Assembly (NCBI GenBank): GCA_002269645.1
Contig: NIVC01000928.1
Coordinates: forward strand, 124,001-188,000
From: Macrostomum lignano
Lineage: Eukaryota
Length of the DNA: 64,000 nt
Direction: 5' to 3'
Shown here in pieces: positions 11,401-22,896 of this stretch; position 1 is the first letter of the stretch; every line of letters starts with the position of its first letter. Position numbers and translations under genes: made by a program. The notes under the pieces were generated by a model. That model made no database searches and was not told the origin of the DNA. It saw nothing but the letters and a program-made list of their open reading frames with translations.

Positions 11401-12934
11401 GTCGAGGAGCACAAGAAGAATGGCGGCAACTGCGACATTGACGTGAGCTATCAGTACCTGCGATTCTTTCTGGACGATGACCAGCGATTGGAAAAGATTC
11501 GACAGGTAGGTTTTTTGTTCGGCCGATTCCTAAGAGTCTCGTTTTCTTGGAGAGTTTATTTTAGGAATCATTCAGTGCTCTAGTTTCGGAGAATAGTCTA
11601 GTTTCTTACGAAACATCCGTCTATTCTCATTTCTAAGAATCGCCATCTATTCTCATTTCTAAGAATCGCCATCTATTCTCGTTTCTAAGAATCGCTATAT
11701 CTATTATTATTTCTAAGAATCGCCATCTATTCACCTTTCTTAGAATCGCTATATCTATTATTATTTCCAAGAATCGCGTCTTTTCTCATTTCTAAGAATC
11801 GCCGTCTATTCTAAGAATCGCCATCTATTCTAATTTCTAAGAATCGCCATCTATTCTCATTTCTAAAAACCGCCATCTATTCTCATTTCTAAGAATCGCC
11901 ATCTATTCTCATTTCTAAGAGTCGCCATCTATTCTCATTTCTAAGAATCGCCATCTATTCTCATTTCTAAGAATCACTATTTATCATTTCTAAAAACCGC
12001 CATCTATTCTCATTTCTAAGAATCGCCATCTATTCTCATTTCTAAGAATCGCCATCTATTCTCATTTCTAAGAATCGCCATCTATTCTCATTTCTAAGAA
12101 CCGCCATCTATTCTCATTTCTAAGAATCGCCATCTATTCTCATTTCTAAGAATCGCCATCTATTCTTTTTTCTTAGAATCGCTATATCTATTATTATTTC
12201 CAAGAATCGCGTCTTTTCTCATTTCTAAGAATCGCCATCTATTCTCGTTTCTAAGAATTGCCGTCTATTCTAAGAATCGCCATCTATTCTAATTTCTAAG
12301 AATTGCCATCTATTTATTTCTAGGAACCGCCATCTATTCTCATTTCTAAAAACCGCCATCTATTCTCATTTCTAAGAGTCGCCATCTATTCTCATTTCTA
12401 AGAATCGCCATCTATTCTCATTTCTAATAATCGCCATCTGTTCTCATTTCTAATAATCGCCATCTATTCTCATTTCTAAAAACCGCCATCTATTCTCATT
12501 TCTAAGAATCGCCATCTATTCTCATTTCTAATAATCGCCATCTGTTCTCATTTCTAATAATCGCCATCTATTTTCATTTCTAAGAATCGCCATCTATTCT
12601 CATTTCTAAGAATTGCCATCTATTCATTTCTAGGAACCGCCATCTATTCTCATTTCTAAGAATCGCCATCTATTCTCATTTCTAAGAATCGCCATCTATT
12701 CTCATATCTAAGAATCGCCACCTATTCTCATCTCTATGAACCGGCCACCCTTTGCCAATGAATTCCAAACCGCAGGACTACAGTAGCGGCGAGTTACTCA
12801 CTGGCTACCTGAAGAAGGAGCTGATCGAGCTGCTGCAGGCATTCCTGAAGAGCCATCAAGAGAAGCGCAAAGCTGTCACTAACGAAGTTGTCAAACAGTT
12901 TATGACGCCCAGGAAGTTGAAATTCGACTATTAA
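8432..12934 (+). CDS. WARS1: Tryptophanyl-tRNA synthetase, cytoplasmic type (exons 8432-8564, 9027-9372, 10911-11505, 12776-12934)
   Basis: Conserved motifs EVNPWEV...[23 protein letters not shown] (HIGH), [32 protein letters not shown] (KMSKS) and [10 protein letters not shown]. All introns are GT-AG with matching phases (1, 2, 0). Confidence 0.96.
8668..8990. repeat. 47-bp tandem repeat in WARS intron 1
   Basis: About 6-7 copies of GAAACACGGGGATTATTGCTTGGATTATCAGTGCTGTCAAATTCCAG. Confidence 0.85.
9478..10812. repeat. 22-bp minisatellite in WARS intron 2
   Basis: (AGAATCGCCCTCTATTATCCTC/T)n, about 60 copies. Confidence 0.95.
11618..12737. repeat. ~26-bp minisatellite in WARS intron 3
   Basis: (AAGAATCGCCATCTATTCTCATTTCT)n, about 40 copies with length variants. 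Confidence 0.95.
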
Positions 12935-13210
12935 AGCAAATTTCGACCAAATTTAGCGCTAATTGGCTCTTTTCGCTTTTATTCGGATTTTTTCCTGGTA
13001 TAGTTTTCGTTTTACGCTTTACCTGAAGAAGGCAAATAATTTAAAGTCAATGAACTAAATTATTTATTTGTGTTTAAATTCTAATGACGGATTATGCCAT
13101 TTATGGATTATCCATCCTAACAGCTCTTTCTTTGATGCCTTTCGAAGCTATAGATAGCTGTATGTCTGTCACCTGCGTTTCTGTGTAGACCTAACCGCGA
13201 TATATCTGAT

Positions 13211-13505
13211 CATACATGCGCAACAGTCGGCCGATCCGGCCGACCGATTTGGCGGCCAACCAAGGAAGTCGCAAAAATGCCCACCCGAAAAACACCTAGT
13301 AGTACTAAGTAGCTGACGAGGCATTTTGGCTTTATAAGACAGTCATAGTTACTCCTGCCGTTTACCCAAATTTTGTTAATTTAAAAGCGTAAATTTGCTT
13401 TCGGGTTTTTTACATGTAAGTCGCATTTTTGGCCAAAAACTACGTCGCATTTTTGTTAAAACTAAGTTGCACGGCCGACCGAATTTTGGAGGTTGCGCAT
13501 GTATG
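13211..13505. mobile_element. hAT-like MITE
   Basis: Perfect 14-bp TIRs CATACATGCGCAAC (13211-13224) / GTTGCGCATGTATG (13492-13505), exact 8-bp TSD TATCTGAT (13203-13210, 13506-13513), and repeated subterminal GGCCGACC motifs. An 8-bp TSD is typical of hAT. Confidence 0.85.
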
Positions 13506-13682
13506 TATCTGATAGCTATGTGTTTACAAAGACCCTGCGTGTGCTTTGCTGTTTGTTCATTATCAACTGCTTGTTTTCTGCTTGTGCTTATTGTTCCAGA
13601 TATTTCCGATTCAAGGCTAGAGATGGCATCTGGATCAGGAGAATGAAATCCTGATTTGACAAGTTAGATTCAGTTTCTCAAA

Positions 13683-13935
13683 GGGTTTGTAGCCTAGCGG
13701 TCAGAGCGTTGGACTCACGACTGAAAGGCCAGGGGTTCGATTCTCGATCCACTCGGAACAATTTGTGTCCTTGAGCAAGAGACACTTAACGCTGCATTGC
13801 TTCAGTTCACCCAGCTGTAAGATTGGTGCCAGAATTAGCTGGGGAATTGAGGGTGTGTGGTGACGCCCCAGTGCAATGGACTGAGCAGCGCCGCGCTATA
13901 GCTGCGGCTGAGCTGCCGGTTGCACATCTGGTCAT
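13683..13935 (+). mobile_element. tRNA-derived SINE
   Basis: Pol III A box (TAGCCTAGCGG, 13690-13700) and B box (GGTTCGATTC, 13734-13743), followed by a non-tRNA core GTGTCCTTGAGCAAGAGACACTT...TTCACCCAGCTGTAA. A second copy lies at 52087-52282 on the minus strand. Confidence 0.85.
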
Positions 13936-13965
13936 TAGGGCAGGTGAAATCAAGAAAGGACCTCA

Positions 13966-15024
13966 AAGTGAGATTTAGGAGCTCAAAGTGAGATTTAGGA
14001 GCTCAAAGTGAGATTAAGGAGCTCAAAGTGAGATTTAGGAGCTGGAAGTGAGATTTAGGACCTTAAAGTGAGATTTAGGAGCTGGAAGTGAGATTTAGGA
14101 CCTTAAAGTGAGATTTAGGAGCTAAAAGTGAGATTTAGCAGCTCAAAGTGAGATTTAGGACCTTAAAGTAAGATTTAGGAGCTCAAAGTGAGATTTAAAA
14201 GCTCAAAGTGAGATTTAGGAGCTGGAAGTGAGATTTAGGACCTTAAAGTGAGATTTAGGAGCTGAAAGTGAGATTTAGGACCTTAAAATGAGATTTAGCA
14301 GCTCAAAGTGAGATTTAGGACCTTAAAGTAAGATTTAGGAGCTCAAAGTGAGATTTAGGACCTTAAAGTGAGATTTAGGAGCTCAAAGTGAGATTTAGGA
14401 GCTCAAAGTGAGATTTAGGAGCTCAAAGTGAGATTTAGGAGCTGGAAGTGAGATTTAGGAGCTGGAAGTGAGATTTAGGACCTTAAAGTGAGATTTAGGA
14501 GCTGAAAGTGAGATTTAGGACCTTAAAGTGAGATTTAGCAGCTCAAAGTGAGATTTAGGAGCTCAAAGTGAGATTTAGGAGCTCAAAGTGAGATTTAGGA
14601 CCTTAAAGTGAGATTTAGCAGCTCAAAGTGAGATTTAGGACCTTAAAGTGAGATTTAGGAGCTCAAATTGGGATTTAGGAGCTCAAAGTGAGATTTAGGA
14701 CCTTAAAGTGAGATTTAGGAGCTGAAAATGAGATTTAGGAGCTCAAAGTGAGATTTAGGAGCTGGAAGTGAGATTTAGGAGCTTAAAGTGAGATTTAGGA
14801 GCTCAAAGTGAGATTTAGGACCTTAAAGTGAGATTTAGGAGCTGAAAATGAGATTTAGGAGCTCAAAGTGAGATTTAGAAGCTCAAAGTGAGATTTAGGA
14901 GCTCAAAGTGAGATTTAGGACCTTAAAGTGAGATTTAGGAGCTGAAAATGAGATTTAGGAGCTCAAAGTGAGATTTAGGAGCTCAAAGTGAGATTTAGGA
15001 CCTTAAAGTGAGATTTAGGAGCTC
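13966..15024. repeat. 20-bp minisatellite
   Basis: (GCTCAAAGTGAGATTTAGGA)n with CCTT/GCTGG variants, about 53 copies. Confidence 0.95.
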
Positions 15025-15456
15025 TACTGCGTTGTAAAGCAATTAATTTTATTTAATTCTCTTTCTTCAGCTATGTTTAATCTCGTTATAACAAAGTTAA
15101 TTTAGCTATTATATAGATAATTATATTAACTGCCTTCTCTAATAAACCGAAAGCTGCTGTATTTGCTAAAAAATGGATACTAAAAAATCAAATACATGCG
15201 CACGCCGCTTGTGCTTTGAGTAGTCTAAATACAGCGCGCGAGTCTGTGAGCTTTACATGACTAATGCGAAATTTACTTTGCGCCATTCTATTGCAAGCTA
15301 CTTGTGGACTGCTAATTGTTATTCATTAAATCTTCGATTGTCTGCTTTTTTGCCTGGAAAGGCTACGAGCGTACATGTGCAATCTGCATCTAACCGACAC
15401 AGATGGGCATGTAGCGGTACAGCGTCGCATAGAAGGCGGTACACGTATCGACGGGT

Positions 15457-15654
15457 TCAGACCTGACCCCGACTGTATGGGCCCTGCAAGGTGAGCAGTA
15501 GGACGTCCTGAACAGGTTGGGGGCAGTAGCCTTCGGCCCGGATCACGTGGCCCGCCAGGTAAAGTCTCCGAAGGTGCAGGACGATGGACGGGCGCTGCAG
15601 CTTGGCCCGATATACATGTAATAGCTGTTTACAGTTTGCATTCACAGGTGACAA
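15457..15654 (-). mobile_element. Short non-LTR (LINE, RTE-like) ORF2 3'-end fragment
   Basis: The translation LRRLYLAGHVIR resembles the RRLRWAGHVLR-type motif near the C-terminus of RTE-like ORF2 proteins; it is an isolated GC-richer patch. Confidence 0.5.
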
Positions 15655-16501
15655 GATAAATAAAAATCAGAGGCTTTAGCGCTACCAGATAAAGATCAGA
15701 AGAGCTCTGCAAGAACCCATGCAGTCAGTCGGGTGCCAACACAGCTGGTTCTGCTGCAAATGCTTGATGTTTACAATAAGCTCAGGGCCATCTTAAACTA
15801 AACTGCTTGTAACTATATGAAAGATTTTGACAGTTTCTTCCTATTTTAGAGTCTCATCACAGACTAAAGAAGAAATAACGAGCCTACGCTCGTACAAGGG
15901 AGGGGCTTCTTCACCTTCTTAGGGTGGGGCCTCTGTGCAATGGCTCGCTTGCATATGTTTATGATGCGTTTTTGAATGCTTATGGGACTCAGCAGGTGAC
16001 AAAAAAACAAAAACAGCAGCGACCAAGCCCTGTCAATACGAGCGTATGTCTAAAAATAGGAGCTGCGTCACAGCGTATAGCCAAAAAATTTATGACACTC
16101 CCTTCTCTCCACCATTTTTCATCTTATTGTACAAGCGTACAAGCCAGGCCGCCAAAGCGCTTTCCATTAAAATATTTGTTTGACCTGCAACCATGCAAGT
16201 TTGCCCGCGTAAGAACAGTATGTACAGGAGAAAAGGCTAAATATAAGCGGCGGGAATAATTCAAATATATAGATGGATGAACTTGGAGTACAAAGGGTCC
16301 GTTGGGACAGAAAAATGTAACCAAGTGCTATTATTTCGCTTTGGAGAACTCGCCTTTTGATTGGTAGGCAGTACGGAAGTTCCAATGAGACAAACATATT
16401 ACAAGCCAAGCTGAGAGAGCCAGCCTTAAAATGTACTCTGACAGGTTTCTGTCATTCATTTTCGTTCACTAAAAAGCGTGACGAGATGTGAGATGTCCTC
16501 C

Positions 16502-19500
16502 TTAAGCTTTCCCAGCCGTCAGGAACTCGTGCTCCAGCAGCTGCTGTGCCGAGTTTCTCTCCTTGTGCTCCTTGGCGATGCAGCGGCTGTAGAAATCCCT
16601 CAGCTCTGCGGATCGGCCGTCGGGCAGGGCGGGGGCGCCGCTTCTGCCGATCAGCTGGGCCATTTCTAAGAAGTTTCTGGCGTTTGCAAACGGTCTTTCA
16701 CCAGAGGCCATCTGGAAGACCGAGCAGCCGAACGCCCAGATGTCCGACTCTCTGCTGCACTGCACGCTGTCCGACTCTCCCGCTCCGAGCAGCTCTGGCG
16801 CCATGAAGTTCGGAGTGCCTTTGGGTGACTGAGTTGAGGCTAAGATGTGGCTGACTGACTGCTCCAGCTTGATTGACAGGCCGAAGTCGATCAGCTTGAT
16901 TCGCGTGTAGTCAGCACAAACGATTATGTTCGAGCAGTTGATGTCTCTGTGGATCACGGGCGGCTGCCGGCTGTGCAGGTAGAGCAGCGCGCGGCAGATC
17001 TGGGAGCGGTCGGTCAGTGAGCAGTCATCATTCATGGAAACATGGAACAGGAGCATCAAGGATGCACAATGCTCACCTGCTTGCTGAAGTCTCGAATCGT
17101 CAGCTCGTCCAGCGGCTTGTTGTGGATAAACCTCTCCAAGCTTCGGCCGTCCAGCAGCTCCATGAACACAACGACTGTGGCGGGCTCCGGCTGAGCGATG
17201 TGCAAGAACCTGACGATGTTGGGATGCCGCAGTCGGCACAGGTTTCTCTCGCTCTCGATAGCTCTGAGAATCTCTGTGCTCACAGAGGGCAGCTCATCAC
17301 CGAGCTGTAAAGGTAGTCTGAGAGTCTTGGCAGCGCACTTGACGCCCGTGTCAGTTCGAACTTCGTGGACTTCACTGAAGCCTCCACGGCTGATGAGGTG
17401 AACGGCGTCCCAGCACTCCAGGAACGGGGGGCCTTCGGGTCTGAGGGGATGTGAATTCAGTTATGGAAGAACTTGCTTCGGAATTTTAGGAGAATGTGTT
17501 CAAACTGAGTTTGCTCTGAAAGAACTCACGGAGACTCATCGAAGTAGTTCTCGTCTTTGAGCCTGAAGCGTGCATGCAGAAACTCAAATTAATATTCGCG
17601 AACAATCTAGCTTAGAGAATCAAGTTTGCATGTTTCTGAGCAATACTCGAAATTTAAAACTGCACAAAACACTTGGATGTGTAGTGGCAGCAAAGTAATT
17701 AATCAAATATACATGTACCATATAGAATGCCTGTCAATAATAAATATCGATCAGAGAAACATTGTCATGAAAGCTCACCCACGCAGCAGCTCAGCCAGTT
17801 CGCTCTTTCCCTTCTGTGTGGCCAAATCCAGCGCAGTCATGCCATAGCAGTCCTTGATGCTCCAATTTGAGCCTGAGTCCAGCAGAACTCGACCGACCGC
17901 GGCGGCGGTGTCGGAGGGCGCCAAGAAGGCAGCCCACATGAGAGGTGTGAGCTCGGCTCGTTCCCTGGCATTGGCGAAGGCTCCGGCAGCCAGAAGAGCG
18001 GAGACTGCGACACAATTTCCAGCCCTGGCTGCATGTTGCAGGCAGCTTTCAGCCCACATGTCAGCACAGGTGGGGTCACCCAGCTGCACCAGCTGCTTCC
18101 ACAGAGCCTCATCACCGCACGAGCTTTTCATAGCTGCCCACATCAACGCGGTTTGGCCCCAACTATTGGGCAAATCAGGACTACCGCGAGTCGCCGCTCG
18201 CAGAAGCCCCGCCGAGTCGCCCGCCTTCACCAACCGCTCCAGTTCCTGTCGATCCGCCTCCTCCTGCAAAGGCGAACGAGAAATTTGAGCACAGCTGCTC
18301 AGCTGCAGCCACATCGGCACTGCAGATGCCGCTTACCTGGTCGGTAAGGCCGGAGATCCTGCCATTTGCGACCACAACCAACCGCATCTCGCTGCAATAA
18401 AAATTGTGATTATGATTTTGAAAAATAGGAGCGATTGGCGAACCAGTAGCGCAACGTCGAACTCAGCCCTGCATGCGCATGAGTTTACAAATCAATTACT
18501 GCAGCTCTGCAAAAGTCAGCATTGACGAGATCGCATACAACTTCACACACGCAGCTCATTTCCCATTTTTTGCGGCACGAGTTTCCTTCCATCTCACAAT
18601 GTCTTGCAAAGCACTCACACACAGCCTCCCAGTTCTCAATCTGCAGCTCAAGCCACACTCTCTCACTGCACATCGAGGCCCAACAGCTTCCATTCTTAAC
18701 TGAGATCAACCGGCACCCCATCTCGAGGCAGCCAGCCAATCACAGCTCTCTTCCATCAAGCAGTCGGACAGAGACAAGCTCAGCTGACTGGCTCTGATTG
18801 GCTGGCCTGAGACTGCATGCTCCGAATGCTCCAAAAATGGACACAGCAGCAAACTGCTGCTCACTCACCGCTCGATGTAGCCGGCCAGCTCTGAGTGGCC
18901 GCTGAGCCTCGCCAGGTCCAACGCCGTCCGGCCTTCGAGATCCTCCATTTCGAGCAGCCGCGACCTCTTCGAGTTTCCGTGCTCCTCGGACTCATTAAAC
19001 CTGGGCTGCCTGAGCAGGTGCAGCAGGTGCTTGGCGCATTTCCAGCTTCCAGTCCGCGCTGCCTCCATCAGCGGAGTGGCGCCGTTGTCGTTCCGCAGCC
19101 ACTTTGCATCGAACGACAGCAGCGTCAGCAGCCGCAGGTGATCCCGCTGGGCTGCCAGGTGCGCAGCCGTGTCGCCATTTGCGTCAGCCATCTTGGGGTT
19201 CGCGCCCAGCTCAAATAAGTACAAGATACACTTTTCAGTGTGCACGGAAGTCTCAGAAGCGTCGGCCACCAGCATGAGGACGGTCCGACGAGCCGCATCA
19301 GCGCTGGTGACCAGCTGGCGTGTTGCCAGCCGCCGCACCTGGCCGAAGTCACCTCGGATGACGTTGTGGGCGAGAGTCTGGAGATCGGCTGTTGAGTCTC
19401 CGACGCTTGCCCGGTTGCTGGGGACCGGCTGAGTGAGTTCCTGAAACTGCAATTGAGGCACCTGGGACCTACATCTAAGCACTGATTACTAATAGTCGAT

Positions 19501-19593
19501 TTCTGTCGCAATTCAACTTACCGCACAGTCAGGGAACTCGGTAACTTCTTCGTCTTCCCAGGATGAGTTTGAATCTTCTGAAGAGCTGGCCAT
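16502..19593 (-). CDS. Ankyrin-repeat Ser/Thr kinase (MAP3K/STE11-like domain), 699 aa; exons 19593-19522, 19461-18869, 18391-18337, 18263-17779, 17562-17530, 17440-17077, 16999-16502
   Basis: Two ankyrin clusters (NGDTAAHLAA, NGATPLMEAA, GRTALDLA; GQTALMWAA, ELTPLMWAA, GMTALDLA), then a kinase domain with ISRGGFSEV, AAK, HPNIV, HRDINCSN, DFG, GTPNFMAPE and SDIWAFG. All junctions are GT-AG and in phase. The exon 2 acceptor has nearby in-frame alternatives. Confidence 0.88.
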
Positions 19594-20122
19594 GGCAAAG
19601 CGCTTGGTGATTTTGGGGCACTACGTCAGCTCTGCTCTGCAACCTGGCAGGGCAGCGAGGTCCCGTGCTGCAAATTTTATAGCCCTGGCTGCCTGTGGCG
19701 GATTGGCTGAACACTATATCTGTTTATTTGCTCTGTACTACTGCAAGCAGTATAGGGTTGCAATGCCGCATACTGATGCAGATTTTATTTTACTTTTAGT
19801 TGCTGTGCGGTGAAACAACAACAGCAGCTCCGCGCTTGTCTCACCTGTTTCTTTAATTAGCAACTACCTATTTCTGCCTCTCCCAGCCTCCATTTTTTCT
19901 TCTTCTGCACTAGCTCAGAATGGGCAGCAGAAGCTCAAAGTGATGCAGCAGAGATGCTGTGCTCATTCGGCAAGGAGAGGCAGGTGCACAGCTAGTGAAA
20001 TTTGTGCAGCGGGCTTTTTGACAATGGGGCAGAACTGATGAGGCATCGCTGAGTGCAGCTGAGCTGCTGTGCGCGGCCACTGCATCTCCAATTATGTCTC
20101 TCCTCCCTCCTGTCCTGTAGTA

Positions 20123-20402
20123 GCTGGGGCTGGGGCTGGGGCTGGGGCTGGGGCTGGGGCTGGGGCTGGGGCTGGGGCTGGGGCTGGGGCTGGGGCTGGG
20201 GCTGGGAATGGGAATGGGGCTGGGGCTGGAGCTGGGGCTGGGGCTGGGGCTGGGGCTGGGGCTGGGGCTGGGGCTGGGGCTGGGAATGGGGCTGGGGCTG
20301 GGGCTGGGGCTGGGGCTGGGGCTGGGGCTGGGAATGGGAATGGGGATGGGAATGGGAATGGGAATGGGAATGGGAATGGGGCTGGGGCTGGGGCTGGGGC
20401 TG
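20123..20402. repeat. (GGGGCT)n / (GGGAAT)n hexamer repeat
   Basis: About 46 hexamer units, read directly from the sequence. Confidence 0.95.
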
Positions 20403-20699
20403 CATGAGGCTCGAAATCTATAAAAACGAAAACTCTGTGTGTGCACAATTTTGTTCGCTCCCAAAACGCTCAACTAAATGACGCCAAATTTTGCACCCAC
20501 CCAACTTTACCTTACCTTAAAATTTCCTCAATCCAAGTTTTTGGTACCTAAAAAATTAAGAAACCTGCTAAATAAGCGGCATTTTTCACTAATTATTTCA
20601 TAGTTTTGCTCCAGATTTCACAAACCCTCGTCAAATTTGACACAAACAAACGTTAACAACTTAGCTATATCTATCCAGTGGCCGCAGATCCAGAATGTA

Positions 20700-21605
20700 T
20701 CCTGGAGGCGATACATTCCATACATTCCATATTCTCCAAGGTCGACCTACTGGTACGTGGCTACCACCAGATCCCCGTCGGCCTTTTCGAGTTTCTCCGA
20801 ATGCCGACATTCGGCTTGAAAAACGCGGCCCAGACTTTTCAGACGTTTGGTGAATTCCATCTGTCAGGACGTGCCCGTCCGTCTTCGCCTACATTCATAT
20901 CGACGACTTTTTGGTAGCCAGCAGCAGCACCATACCGAGCTGTTCTGGCGCTGTTCCAGCCTCCTCTGGTCTACTGCTCAACTCAGAAAAATGCCAATCG
21001 ACTTTCTGGGCGACAGGATCAGCAGCCAGGGTGCCGTGTTGCTTTCCGACAAGGTCCACGCCAACCGCGGAAGTTTGCGCCGCCCTCCACGCTACCATGG
21101 TGAACTTTTACCACCGCTTTGTACCGTGAGCCGCCCAGCTTCTGTGCGACATCTACCGCGCCATAGCCGGAAAGGAGAAGCTGATGAGAGGGCACTAAGT
21201 GAACGCTGGCTGAGGCAGTCATGCTGGTACATCCCGACCCCAACGCTCCAAACGGTGCTCACTTCATGCCGACGCTTCCCAGACAGCCGTCGGCGCCGTC
21301 TTCGAGCAGCGAGTGGGCGGTGCGTACGTGGAGACCACTGGCGTTCTTCAGCCGGCGACTGCGTCCTTCAAAGCAGAAGTACAGCGCTTCTGGCTACGAG
21401 CTTCTGGCGTTTTACCATGGCCACCCGTCATATATCCATTTCTCCTAGACTCCTTAGAGGGCCCGTCCTTTTACCGCCTTCACCCACCACAAGCCGTTAG
21501 TCACGGCCATGGCCAAGCTGTCCGATCCGAGGTCGGCGTGGCAGCAGCGACATCTGGCCTACGTGTCGGAGTATACGGCCTCCGACATCCGGCACGTCGG
21601 AGGCC
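20700..21605 (+). pseudogene. Degenerate Gypsy pol relic (RT and RNase H)
   Basis: Frameshifted fragments FSKVDL.VRGYHQIPV, GLFEFLRMP.FGLKNAAQTFQ, MVNFYHRFVP, WRPLAFFSRRL...KYSA...ELLAFY and HLAYVSEY. No LTRs seen. Confidence 0.85.
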
Positions 21606-22896
21606 ATAAAAACACTGAAATGCCGGCTAAAAATTGCCGTTCAATCCATTATTTAAAGATATGAACTGTCTTAATGGAGTGAACCATGCTTCTAGAGCTA
21701 CATTTTCATCATGAACGCCTGACCTGACGCATCAAGTCAATCGATCGTAATTATTGTCCGGAAAGCAGTTGGTGTATCAAAATTTTGCTTTTTGTTAACA
21801 AAAAGAGCGTGTTTTCCGATGTAATAAAGATTGTAGTTTAATAAAATTTGCTAAGAGATGTGTTTTCCTGTATTATCTAGATGAATAGCTTCAAAAGCTT
21901 AAATTAATAATTTGCATCTCGAAGGAAGACAAAATTTTCGCTTTTATCGTTTAAAATTTTAAGTTTACAAGTCTCCGGGCCGCGAGTACGACTTACGAGC
22001 TACGCCAACGTACTCCTTGTAGAGTTATAGACATCGAACTTTGACGAGTGGCGTAAACAAGTCCTGAATTTGAAAAAAATCCTAAAATATTTTATTCATT
22101 TCAAAGAGCATTTAGCAGTTAAATCTTAAAAAATTTGATCCATAGAGCTAGTGAGCGAAAGAAAAAATTCTAAGTTTTCAAACATTTAAGCCTAAAGTTT
22201 ATTGAAGCTAATTATCGTACATAATTTGCTTTGTAGTAGCTAGCACAAAAAGCTATAAGCTAAAATTGTGTCACTAATTCCCTCTTATCTCTAATATAAG
22301 ATAAGATAACAATTTTTACTGAGTACACGATTTTTACACACTTTTTTCGAATATCTGAATGTATATAGCTATATGGGCATATTTAATAACTAAAATTACA
22401 TTTTTGAAATTTTCAATTACTTGTAATGGTTGAATATACTATTATTTTCTAATTTTTTTAATTACGAAGATATTATATGTGGTGAATAAAATGCTATTTG
22501 CTAATTTAATTGAAATTCGTGTTTATATATTAATCAAGATTTTAAAACATGTTAATTAGTTTGTTCTAATCTAGGGGTGCATTAAAGTTCAAGCATGGGT
22601 ACATACACGGATAGAAATGAAATATCTAGGTTTGGTAAATAATATTTGAGCAACCCGCATGAGCCATAGCATCTCAACGAATTAGTGTTTGGCTTTCTTA
22701 TATTTTTAGTCGAACTTGCTTTGCCAAATAACTTTCTTGGTAGTTTTAAAACTATTAGAATAAAATATTTTCGAGCAACTTGAGCTAAACGTTCCTGTTT
22801 AAAATGAAAATAATATATTATAAAATCCTATTGCATGAACAAAACTTCGACCAGACTGAGACAATGAAAAAACCTGTTAATTTCAGGTGAAAACCC

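Noticed and set aside
13683-13760. Possible tRNA gene
   Set aside because: A and B boxes are present, but I cannot see a proper acceptor stem or poly-T terminator; it continues into a shared SINE body and has a diverged second copy.
15860-16270. Possible small mobile element (partial GTACAAG inverted motifs)
   Set aside because: No convincing TIR pair or TSD.
20123-20402. Interstitial telomere
   Set aside because: The unit is GGGGCT/GGGAAT, not the TTAGGG used by most invertebrate phyla including flatworms.
19910-20481. ORFs with PS/QP/GW/GA/AP/GL dipeptide runs
   Set aside because: These are the six-frame translations of the (GGGGCT)n hexamer.
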